The position numbers were made by a program, and so were the translations under genes. A stretch of 64,000 nucleotides of DNA from a virus. How positions within the stretch are numbered: position 1 is the first letter of the stretch; each line of letters starts with the position of its first letter. Shown piece by piece: positions 28,776 to 37,661 of this stretch. Under the pieces are notes generated by a model, which worked only from the letters and a program-made list of their open reading frames with translations, was not told the DNA's origin and did no database searches. The stretch lies in IMG/VR virus record IMGVR_UViG_3300042897_000994, positions 32,001 to 96,000 of that record; one strand, written 5' to 3'.

Positions 28776-29845
28776 TGTATAAGAGAATTATAATAACTAG
28801 TGACTGGCATTTTGGAATTAGATCCAATAACTTAGATTGGTTTGAAATCATGAAGGACTATCACGAGTCCTTTTTTATTCCTTGGCTAGAAGAGAATGTA
28901 CAAGAAGGTGACGTAATGTATCATCTTGGCGACGTTTTTGATAATCGACAAAATGTTAATTTGTTAATAGCAAGTTATGCAATCGATCTATTTGAAAGAC
29001 TTTCCAGAATTGTACCGATACATATTATCGTGGGTAATCATGATATTTACAGAAAAAACACAAATGAAGTAACTTCTGTAGATATTCTAAAACACATCCC
29101 AAATATCACGATTCATAAAGAACCTATTGTTCATAAATATAAAGAAGCAAAATGTCTTTTGATGCCTTGGAGAAGAGATAAAGAGCATGAACAAGAAACT
29201 CTAGCCGAATATAAAAACGTAGATTATCTTTTTTGTCACTCTGAAGCTAAAGGGGTTAGAACAACATCAAATCCACATATCAAACTTGAAGAAGGGAATG
29301 ATGTGAATCTATTCAAAAGATTCAAAAGAGTTTATTCTGGACATATTCACTATGCTCAAAGATTTTCTAACGTGAATTTCGTTGGTAATCCTCATCATAT
29401 GACCAGATCGGATAGAGGAAATAAGAAAGGTATCTGGCTTCTGGATATGGAGACAGGTACGGAATCATTTTACGAAAATACAAGATCACCCATATTTTTG
29501 AAGTATAAGATGTCATCCATATTAGATGAAACTGTTGAAACTCTTCAAGAAAAGTTTTCTAATAACTTTATTGACTTACAAGTTTCTTCTAAGTTTATCA
29601 CTAGCTGTAATATCAGTACCTTGATAAATCTGCTTGAATCTCATGCTCGAAAGATAGAATTAGACATTCAAGAAGAAGAAAACTTAGATGTTGAAGGCTT
29701 TGAGATAGATGAAAATGTTTCCGGTGAATTCGATATTTTGAATATTTCAAAAACATATATCGATTCAACTTCATATGATGAAGAGTTAAAAGAAAGACTA
29801 TTGAAGTCAATTAAGAGTTTATATTTGAAAGTCAATGAAGATTAA
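28775..29845 (+). CDS. gp47: Mre11/SbcD-like nuclease (gp47)
   Basis: SDWHFG, LGDVFD, VGNHD, SGHIH. Confidence 0.92.
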   Translation: MYKRIIITSDWHFGIRSNNLDWFEIMKDYHESFFIPWLEENVQEGDVMYHLGDVFDNRQNVNLLIASYAIDLFERLSRIVPIHIIVGNHDIYRKNTNEVTSVDILKHIPNITIHKEPIVHKYKEAKCLLMPWRRDKEHEQETLAEYKNVDYLFCHSEAKGVRTTSNPHIKLEEGNDVNLFKRFKRVYSGHIHYAQRFSNVNFVGNPHHMTRSDRGNKKGIWLLDMETGTESFYENTRSPIFLKYKMSSILDETVETLQEKFSNNFIDLQVSSKFITSCNISTLINLLESHARKIELDIQEEENLDVEGFEIDENVSGEFDILNISKTYIDSTSYDEELKERLLKSIKSLYLKVNED

Positions 29846-31499
29846 AAAGGTTATATTTAAAAACTTTGCAAGTTACGGAAATACACTACAAACACTAGAT
29901 TTCGAAGACACAAGTTTGTTTCTAGTTTTAGGAGGTAATGGATTCGGTAAAAGCACACTTGCAAATGTTATCAAATTTCTCTGCTACGGTAAAGTAGAAG
30001 GAGTCAATAACGGAGAATTACCGAACCGCATAAATAAGAATCTCTGGGGTTCAATTGAATTAGAATCAAGAGGAAGACATGTAAAAATAGAAAGAGGTCT
30101 GGCTCCTAATATTTTCAAAATTTATATAAACGGGGTTGAATATGATCAGGCAGGAAAAATGAACACTCAAGAATATCTTGAAGAAGAGATATTCGAAATC
30201 TCATATAATGTTTTCAAAAATGTAATTATTCTTTCTGTTAATGATTTTAAGTCATTTTTGACGATGAGTCCTGGCGACAAAAAGAGTATTGTAGATAAAC
30301 TCTTCGGCTTTAGTGTTATTAATGACATGCGAGAATCGATAAAAAAGGACAGAAGGGAAGTAAGACAAGAATTAAAAACTCTGGAAGATGAATTAAATTC
30401 ATTAACTGAAAGTATTCTTTCTGTTCAGGAAAAGATTATTCAGCTAGAAGAAGCTTCTCAGAAAAAGAACTCAGAAAAAATTAAAGATCTAAAAAATCAG
30501 CTTTTTCAGTTCGATGAAAATAAGAAAAAGTTAAACGAAGCCAACAAGACTCTAAAAGACAGACTTTCTGGAATTGACAAACAGATAAGCGAAAATAGAA
30601 AGATATATGCGGAGTCTTCAGCTGAAGTTAAGACTCTAGATCAGAAGCTTAAGCTTTTCGAAAATAAACAGTGTCCTACTTGTCAGTCAGATTTAAGCGG
30701 AGAATTTCATCAGAATCTAAAGAAAGATCTAGAAGACAAAAAATCTCAACTCTTAGAAAAAGAACAGTCAGTAGAATCTCTAATAAAAGAGAGTAGAGAA
30801 GCTTATAAACAAGTTCAAGATAAACAACATGGGATTATTTCTAAGCTTTCTTCTCTAGAAACGAATATGAATAATCTAAAGAAAGAATTAGTAAAACTCG
30901 CATCGAATTTAGATAATGGAGAGCATACAGAACTTTCTTCTTTGATCAGAGAATTCAGAGATAAAGAAAAAGAGAAAACAGACAAAAAAACAACTGTTGG
31001 TTCAGAAGATCATTACTTGCAGATTTTAGAAAATATTCTCGGAGATGATGGAATTAAGAACTTAGCAATTAAGACTATTTTACCTACGTTAAATAGTCAA
31101 GTCGCTCAGATGGGAAGAAGAATGCACATCCCATTCAGTATTAAGTTTGACGATAAATTTGATTCTATTATTACTCATCTTGGAGAAGAAATTAATCCAA
31201 AGACAATGAGTACTGGAGAAAGAAAGAAAGCTGATTTTGTGATTATTATTGCTCTGATTAGACTTTTAAAGTTGAGATATCCAAGTCTTAATATTCTTTT
31301 TCTCGATGAAATTTTTAGTTCTGTAGACTCTGACGGTGTTTATCATATCATTGGCATCCTACATGATATGGTAAAAGAGATTGAAATGAATACTTTTGTT
31401 ATCAATCACACAGTTCTTCCCAGCGAATTATTTGATAAGAAAATTGAAATACGCAAGGATAGCGGATTTAGTTCTTTTTCAGTAGAGACCATTTCTTGA
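29835..31499 (+). CDS. gp46: Rad50/SbcC-like ATPase (gp46)
   Basis: GGNGFGKS, Zn hook CPTC, MSTGE, FLDEIFSS. Confidence 0.92.
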   Translation: MKIKKVIFKNFASYGNTLQTLDFEDTSLFLVLGGNGFGKSTLANVIKFLCYGKVEGVNNGELPNRINKNLWGSIELESRGRHVKIERGLAPNIFKIYINGVEYDQAGKMNTQEYLEEEIFEISYNVFKNVIILSVNDFKSFLTMSPGDKKSIVDKLFGFSVINDMRESIKKDRREVRQELKTLEDELNSLTESILSVQEKIIQLEEASQKKNSEKIKDLKNQLFQFDENKKKLNEANKTLKDRLSGIDKQISENRKIYAESSAEVKTLDQKLKLFENKQCPTCQSDLSGEFHQNLKKDLEDKKSQLLEKEQSVESLIKESREAYKQVQDKQHGIISKLSSLETNMNNLKKELVKLASNLDNGEHTELSSLIREFRDKEKEKTDKKTTVGSEDHYLQILENILGDDGIKNLAIKTILPTLNSQVAQMGRRMHIPFSIKFDDKFDSIITHLGEEINPKTMSTGERKKADFVIIIALIRLLKLRYPSLNILFLDEIFSSVDSDGVYHIIGILHDMVKEIEMNTFVINHTVLPSELFDKKIEIRKDSGFSSFSVETIS

Positions 31500-31521
31500 T
31501 ATATAAAAAAAATGGCTCTAA

Positions 31522-32451
31522 GTGTCTGCATACAACGCTGAATTTAATACTGATGATGTTTATTTAAGATACATCGTTATAGCTCTACTAGCAGAGTTAA
31601 GAAATAAAGTCTACTTTTACAACTATGTAGACGGTTCAAAGGTTAAAATTGAAGTGCCTTTCTACTATTCAGTAACAGGCCAAGAACGTTTTCTTCTAGA
31701 TAAATTTCTGTTTGAAGCTCTAGACAAAGATAAAGCAGTAGGAGATTATGAAAGAGTCCCCAGAGGGATTATTGAACTTGATTCTGCCGCAATAGATTCA
31801 GGTTCTCTTGTAAATAAATTTGTCAGAGGAGAATTTTTAAGAGAAATTAATGGAGTTCTTAAAACTTTTTCTCTCAACACTCAGCTCATTCCTCTAAATT
31901 TGAATTTTAAAGCTACGATTGTAGCTAACAATAATCTTGAAATGTTCAAAATATTTCAAGGCGTTATTTCAACCCTGTACAAAACGAGCAATTTTTACGT
32001 AGATATGGGAGGATTTAGAGTACAGTCATCGGTGGTAATACCTGAAGATCTAAATCAAACACGACCAGTCGAATTTGGTTTTACTGACAGAAAAGAATAT
32101 CTGATAGATTTTAATCTTGAAGTTAAGAGTTTCACATTTATATTCGAGAACGGAATTCAACTTGCAGATCTTGAATTTATTATTGGAGGTGAAGGCGAAG
32201 GAATAGGACTACTTAGAAGTGATGGTCAAATTTACTTCGGAAATGTTATGGAGACAATTAATGTATCTGTTGATGATATTAAACTTGCTCCTTATGAAGG
32301 AGAAGAAAGCAACCTTGAATACAATAGTCTTCCAGATACTCTTGGCGGAAATCAACTAAGTTCTCTCAAATTTAGTGAAACAAATATAGACCCCGAGTCT
32401 ATAAGTAATGTGGAAAGTAGCCAAAGTAAAGAATATAGAAACGACAAGTAA
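31522..32451 (+). CDS. tail sheath stabiliser / terminator (gp15-like), GTG start
   Basis: KIEVPFYY..QERFL, RVPRG, IPLNLNF; late motif at 31498. Confidence 0.65.
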   Translation: MSAYNAEFNTDDVYLRYIVIALLAELRNKVYFYNYVDGSKVKIEVPFYYSVTGQERFLLDKFLFEALDKDKAVGDYERVPRGIIELDSAAIDSGSLVNKFVRGEFLREINGVLKTFSLNTQLIPLNLNFKATIVANNNLEMFKIFQGVISTLYKTSNFYVDMGGFRVQSSVVIPEDLNQTRPVEFGFTDRKEYLIDFNLEVKSFTFIFENGIQLADLEFIIGGEGEGIGLLRSDGQIYFGNVMETINVSVDDIKLAPYEGEESNLEYNSLPDTLGGNQLSSLKFSETNIDPESISNVESSQSKEYRNDK

Positions 32452-32491
32452 AAAGACACTAACTACTAGATATATAAAAAAAATCTGAATA

Positions 32492-34264
32492 ATGAGTAAT
32501 CTCAATGAAAATTATCTCGTTTACTTAAACGGCGCTTTTCCCAGTACTGCTGATTTGAATAAACAGAGTGATACATTAGCAATACTGGTAGAACAGTTTA
32601 GAAAGAGCGGAAAAAGCGACGCCCAAATCTACTCAATCTTGAGTGGTATGGGAATTGAAAATTTAAAAATTTCTGCGTATTTTGAAGCAGAAAAGATGGG
32701 AAAGTCTCTTCCACCTACACAACCACAAAACGCAACGCCTGCCACTGAATTTATTCAGGTAATCAGCGTAGAAGAAAAAAATACAAACAAAATGAACATA
32801 ACAGAAACTTTAAAGAAGGCTGTATTAGAATCGGTTGAAGCTTTGAAGCCTTTTCAATCTGGAAAGTTTTCATATACTGCCAGCAAAGCCTCTCTTGTTT
32901 TAACCGAATCTCTAACTACAATTAACAGAATCGAAAAGATGATGGCAAATGAAGTAGTTGAAAGAATTAAATCACGAGTTGAGAAAATTGCTGCTGAAAC
33001 TAATGAAAATTTAGAAACTGCAGTAGAAAATATTACAGCTAAAGTTAAAAGTGAAGTTCTAGCTGAAGCAGAATCTCTAAATTCTGAAGTAGGATCTAGA
33101 ATTAGAAATGAAGAATTAAATCTTGTACATTATTTGAGCAATTCTCTTCAGCAAATTAAAGATTTTTCACCAGTCGCAAATCTTTTTAGTCAGGTAAAAG
33201 AAAGTATTGAAAGAAATATGTTTAGCCTAAAGCTTAACTATTACTTGAATTCTGTACCACCTGCTGGTATGTATACCAAAGGGGTGGCTGAAATGAAAAG
33301 CGAATTTAATAAAGGTGAAACTTATCTAAGAGAAAACTTTTCAGATTTTGAAAAGTGGAATTGGGTTCCAGGAATTTCTCAAATGATTAAAGAATTCTCA
33401 GAATATACCAAGTCACTTAGAAGTAATGGGAGTGGAAAGCTGGTTAAAGTATATTCTCCAATCCAGGAAAATGAAGATAAGAGTATTACTTTCTTCTTAG
33501 GGGGTAAATTCTATGCAATTCACGAAGGAAGAGTTGAAGTTGCAAATGAAAATCAACAACCAAATTCAAGAACTTTAGCCGTTCTTGAAGGTCTTTCTTT
33601 GATGAAAGATATGGGAAGCACTTTTTCTTACTTCAAGGGAGATAAAAGTTTCGATATTAACAAAGAAACCGGAGCATTCTCTATCAACGGTAAAGCAGTA
33701 TCAGAATCTGAAGCTCCAAAACTTATCAACTTATTAAGAGAAAATGCAGTAATTGCTCTTCATGAATCTGCAGTAGTTGATAAATTAGCAGTTCTTATTG
33801 AATCAGTAGATTTAGTAAAAGAACTTGATTTTGTAAATTCAATTAACTCAATTATTCACAGAGATGTTGCAGTTAATATGATCAGAATTAACGAAAATGT
33901 TTACATCAACAGAGTAAACAAAGCGATGAATGTAAACGAAATGGTAGAAGTATCAAATCCAAAATTAGCTCAAGAATTAGTAAATGAGTTTGTAAACTTC
34001 GATATTTCTAATCTTGTATACGATCTTTTAGAAAAGAATGAAAAGGATATTCTAAATCTAAATGAAAAGATCGAAGTAGTAAGTAATAACTTAAAATTCC
34101 TACAAGAGAAAAAATCAGATATTGAAAGAGTTTTATCTTTGAAGCCAGATTCAAACGAATTGAAAGAGGCTGTTGAATTTGTTTCTTCAGAAATAACTTC
34201 ACAAGAAAAAAATCTTTCAGATCTGTATGTTCAACTTTCTTCTTTAACAGAAAAAAAAAGTTGA
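32492..34264 (+). CDS. putative prohead core / internal head protein
   Basis: 590 aa, many (L/I/V)xE sites, coiled-coil end, late motif at 32469. Confidence 0.5.
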   Translation: MSNLNENYLVYLNGAFPSTADLNKQSDTLAILVEQFRKSGKSDAQIYSILSGMGIENLKISAYFEAEKMGKSLPPTQPQNATPATEFIQVISVEEKNTNKMNITETLKKAVLESVEALKPFQSGKFSYTASKASLVLTESLTTINRIEKMMANEVVERIKSRVEKIAAETNENLETAVENITAKVKSEVLAEAESLNSEVGSRIRNEELNLVHYLSNSLQQIKDFSPVANLFSQVKESIERNMFSLKLNYYLNSVPPAGMYTKGVAEMKSEFNKGETYLRENFSDFEKWNWVPGISQMIKEFSEYTKSLRSNGSGKLVKVYSPIQENEDKSITFFLGGKFYAIHEGRVEVANENQQPNSRTLAVLEGLSLMKDMGSTFSYFKGDKSFDINKETGAFSINGKAVSESEAPKLINLLRENAVIALHESAVVDKLAVLIESVDLVKELDFVNSINSIIHRDVAVNMIRINENVYINRVNKAMNVNEMVEVSNPKLAQELVNEFVNFDISNLVYDLLEKNEKDILNLNEKIEVVSNNLKFLQEKKSDIERVLSLKPDSNELKEAVEFVSSEITSQEKNLSDLYVQLSSLTEKKS

Positions 34265-34440
34265 GCGATTTAACTAAAGCCGTAGTAATCCAAGATCTTC
34301 CTGGTCTCCAAAAAGACCAGGAAGTTTTTGTTAATGCCCTAGATTACTCGTCAGCTGAAGACGCTAAAGAAATCGAATATCAAGACTCTGAAGGTAACGG
34401 TGGGTATGTTCTCAGAAAATACCTAAAAGTTTTAATTTAA
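34261..34440 (+). CDS. 59-aa SH3-like ORF absent from the ORF track (TTG start, or -1 frameshift extension of 32492..34264)
   Basis: LSDLTKAVVIQDLPGLQKDQEVFVNALDYSSAEDAKEIEYQDSEGNGGYVLRKYLKVLI* exactly fills the gap; its TAA overlaps the gp55 ATG. Confidence 0.7.
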   Translation: MSDLTKAVVIQDLPGLQKDQEVFVNALDYSSAEDAKEIEYQDSEGNGGYVLRKYLKVLI

Positions 34441-34802
34441 TGGAAAAAAAGATATACCTAAAGAATAAAGATTTGTATGAAGAAATCATCAAATCTAAAG
34501 AGCTTGATGAACTGACACCAAGGGCTCAAGCAATGTTAATGTTACTTGCACAAAGAGCATCCAGCAAACTTCCATATAGAAATCCAGATGACAGACAAGA
34601 TTGTATTTCTTCTGCATATTTAGATCTCTGGAGATATTGGAGAAGTTTTAACCCGGAAAAAAGTAAAAATGCATTCGCATATTACACAGAAATTTGTAAA
34701 AAGGGATTTGCTAAGGGATGGAATCAAATTCATCCTAAAAAATACGCAGGAACAATAAGCATTGATGGTGGCCGAGACTCAGACGGAATTTATACCATCT
34801 AA
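34440..34802 (+). CDS. gp55: late sigma factor (T4 gp55-like), minimal 120 aa
   Basis: YLKNKDLYEEI, YRNPDDRQDCIS.A, FNPEKSKNAFAYYTEI. Confidence 0.85.
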   Translation: MEKKIYLKNKDLYEEIIKSKELDELTPRAQAMLMLLAQRASSKLPYRNPDDRQDCISSAYLDLWRYWRSFNPEKSKNAFAYYTEICKKGFAKGWNQIHPKKYAGTISIDGGRDSDGIYTI

Positions 34803-35281
34803 TGAGCGACATTAAGAAGATAAAGCCTACTCATAAATCTGGATTTAAACAGAGTTATTTCGAGCCCAAAAACTTATCAAAGTATTTGGGCTCATTTCCT
34901 ATAATATGCAGATCGAGCTGGGAAAGAAAGTTTGCAATTTTTTGTGATACAAATGACGCAGTGATTAAATGGAGTTCAGAACCTATTGAAATCAAATACT
35001 ACAATATTCTTGACAAAAAATTCCACAAATACTATCCCGATTATTTCGTTCAAATTCAAAAAGAAGGAAATCTTATTAATTATGTGGTAGAAGTTAAACC
35101 TTCTTCTCAACTCAAGAAACCTGAACCTCCGAAGAGAATTACAGAAAAGGTTGTAAATTCTTATAAAAGAGCATATGAAACTTATGTTATGAATCTTTGT
35201 AAATTAGATGCTCTCAGAAAATATGCAGAGCAAAGAAATTGGAAAGTTCTCGTTATAACCGAAAAAAGTAATCTAATCTAA
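34802..35281 (+). CDS. gp4: head completion nuclease (gp4, TnsA-like)
   Basis: RSSWERKF..CD....KWSSEP..I.Y, YYPDY, VEVKP, ITEK. Confidence 0.85.
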   Translation: MSDIKKIKPTHKSGFKQSYFEPKNLSKYLGSFPIICRSSWERKFAIFCDTNDAVIKWSSEPIEIKYYNILDKKFHKYYPDYFVQIQKEGNLINYVVEVKPSSQLKKPEPPKRITEKVVNSYKRAYETYVMNLCKLDALRKYAEQRNWKVLVITEKSNLI

Positions 35282-35282
35282 A

Positions 35283-35951
35283 ATGCCAAGTACTCCCTTA
35301 GATTTTATAATTAAAGGTGTTGGTATTCTTGATCCGATGGAGATCAAGAAGAATAGAGACATGTATATCAAAGAGAGTAAGAGTCTACCAATTGCTTCTA
35401 AAGGAGCAATAGAATGGTATGAAGAATCTGAAACTTTTAAGAATTTTCAAATAAAAAGAATAAGGACAGGTGAAGAATTAAAGCTCGGAAAGCTTTATTT
35501 CTTTGACTATGATCCTCTCGATAGAAATCAAATATATGATATTAAACCATTGATAATCAGTTTAGGTAGAATAGGGGCTAAAGACGGTTCGGTAGAAACT
35601 GGAATTAATCTAAATTATTTTCCAGAGAACGTAAAGTCAGCTATACTAGATTTTTATTTTAGAATCTTTGCAAATAGATTAAGAAGAGAAGTAAGAAGTT
35701 CCAGTGCATATAATGTACAAAAGCAGAACGGGATTGGAATTACTTGGGAAGAATTAGCACCGCTGGAAAAAAGACTTCGTATCAGTTATGGAGTTAAAAA
35801 TTACAAAATAGGTAGAATGACTGATATCAGCGAGTTTACATATGAAAGCTGGTATCAAATGACTACATATCAACCGAATGTAGATTTTAGGAATGCGACA
35901 CTTGCTGAAGTGTATCGTAATTATTTTGAATATATAAAAAATAAAGCATAA
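35283..35951 (+). CDS. gp2: DNA end protector (gp2-like)
   Basis: GKLYFFDYDP, YD.KPLII, GINLNY.P, VKNY. Confidence 0.7.
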   Translation: MPSTPLDFIIKGVGILDPMEIKKNRDMYIKESKSLPIASKGAIEWYEESETFKNFQIKRIRTGEELKLGKLYFFDYDPLDRNQIYDIKPLIISLGRIGAKDGSVETGINLNYFPENVKSAILDFYFRIFANRLRREVRSSSAYNVQKQNGIGITWEELAPLEKRLRISYGVKNYKIGRMTDISEFTYESWYQMTTYQPNVDFRNATLAEVYRNYFEYIKNKA

Positions 35952-35957
35952 TAAAAA

Positions 35958-37619
35958 ATGGCTGGCTTTCAGGACAGAAAAGGACCTCTTACTAGAGGAA
36001 ATCCTATAAGTGATACTCTCAAATCTTTGAGTAAGCTTGGGATGAAGTATGACGACATGGTCATTAGAAACTCTCGAGCTGTCGGTTTTACCGAGAGCAA
36101 GTTAGGTTATACGATGAATCCATCTGGATCTGATGCAGATGATATTTATTATGCATTTGCCGCTCTTTCAATGACGGATACTTCTAGTAAGAAGAATATC
36201 TCATTTTTTGATAAAAGTTATCCAAAGAAAAGAGATGAATTACGTCAGTTTGCAATTCAAGATGAAATTGAAGAGATTCTAGATACTGTTGCTGATGAAG
36301 CAATTGTATATGATGAGTCTAATTATTTTTGTTATCCTACCCTAAGAGGTCCTGTTAGTAAATCTCTAAGAGAAGATCTACAAGATAATTTTAACAAAAT
36401 TTACGAGTATTTTGGCTTTCAAGACGGACTTTCTGCATGGAACTATTTTAGAAAATGGTTAGTAGACGGTTATCTTTGTTTTGAAATTGTCTATAATGAC
36501 GAACAAGATCAGGTAATTGGATTTAAAGAGCTTGATCCAGTTTCTCTTTTTCCCGCAGTTGACAAAGATAGCGGTAAGAAGATTTGGATACAGTATAAAG
36601 GTGGCGGTCCTAAAGAAAGAATATTATGGGATGCTCAAGTAATTTATGTTTCATATTCTTCAGCTAACTCTCCTTCTAGAGTCTCTTACGTTGAAAGATT
36701 AGTTAGATCTTTCAACTTATTGCGAATTATGGAGCACTCCAGAATCATCTGGTCTGTTACCAATGCAAGTTACAAAATGAAATTTGTAATCCCAGTTGGT
36801 GGTAAATCTAAAACAAGAGCAAAACAATCTCTTTCTCAATTGATGCACAATTATCGAGAATTAGTAGATTTTGATTATGAATCAGGAGAATTATCTACTA
36901 ACGGTAAACCGATGATGCAGTTTCACAAAGAATATTGGTTGCCTTCAAAGGATGGAGAATCTCCGGAAATTGACACCCTTTCTAACGACGGCCCCGATCT
37001 TTCAGATGTAGAAACTCTTAAATGGTTTGCTGACAAATTAAAAATGGCTTCTAAGATTCCTTTCAGCAGATTTGACAAAGATAGTCCAGCTACATATGAA
37101 ATGGCAGCTGAAGGGATGCAAAGAGATGAAATAAAATTTGCTAAATTTATTAATAGACTTCGCTCTATATTCCAGGAAATTATTACTAAGCCCCTGTATC
37201 TACAGATGGTTTTAGATAATCCTGAGCTACAAGACGATTTTAACTTTAAAGCTAATCTTAGTGTAGAATATAATAAAGATAACGTATTTGAAGAATTAAA
37301 AGAAATGGAACTTGCTTCTAAAAGAATAGACTTTATCTCTACTATGATGAGTTCTCTCGTTGAACAAGATGCTGATATGAATGAAATACCATATTTCAAT
37401 CTAAGTTACCTAATTAAGAGATATGGTGGATTTAATCAAGAAGATCTCAGAGCCAATGAAAGAGAAAAAACGATTGAATCACTAGAGAAAGAGGGATACA
37501 GCAAAGAAGACTCCGAAAAGATAGTGGCAGGTGAGCCTAAAAAGAATTTCAAAAAACAAGAACCTGAAGGCGAAGAAGATTCGGCCGATGTAGGGGGAGA
37601 AATTGATTTAGGTTTGTAA
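35958..37619 (+). CDS. gp20: portal protein (gp20)
   Basis: FRKWLVDG, SYVERL.R.FN.LR.ME, EYWLP..DG...EIDTL, KIPFSR, RDEIKFAKFI.RLR. Confidence 0.92.
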   Translation: MAGFQDRKGPLTRGNPISDTLKSLSKLGMKYDDMVIRNSRAVGFTESKLGYTMNPSGSDADDIYYAFAALSMTDTSSKKNISFFDKSYPKKRDELRQFAIQDEIEEILDTVADEAIVYDESNYFCYPTLRGPVSKSLREDLQDNFNKIYEYFGFQDGLSAWNYFRKWLVDGYLCFEIVYNDEQDQVIGFKELDPVSLFPAVDKDSGKKIWIQYKGGGPKERILWDAQVIYVSYSSANSPSRVSYVERLVRSFNLLRIMEHSRIIWSVTNASYKMKFVIPVGGKSKTRAKQSLSQLMHNYRELVDFDYESGELSTNGKPMMQFHKEYWLPSKDGESPEIDTLSNDGPDLSDVETLKWFADKLKMASKIPFSRFDKDSPATYEMAAEGMQRDEIKFAKFINRLRSIFQEIITKPLYLQMVLDNPELQDDFNFKANLSVEYNKDNVFEELKEMELASKRIDFISTMMSSLVEQDADMNEIPYFNLSYLIKRYGGFNQEDLRANEREKTIESLEKEGYSKEDSEKIVAGEPKKNFKKQEPEGEEDSADVGGEIDLGL

Positions 37620-37661
37620 AATTTTCGAATTAACAAAGATATATAAAAAAAATTATAGAGC

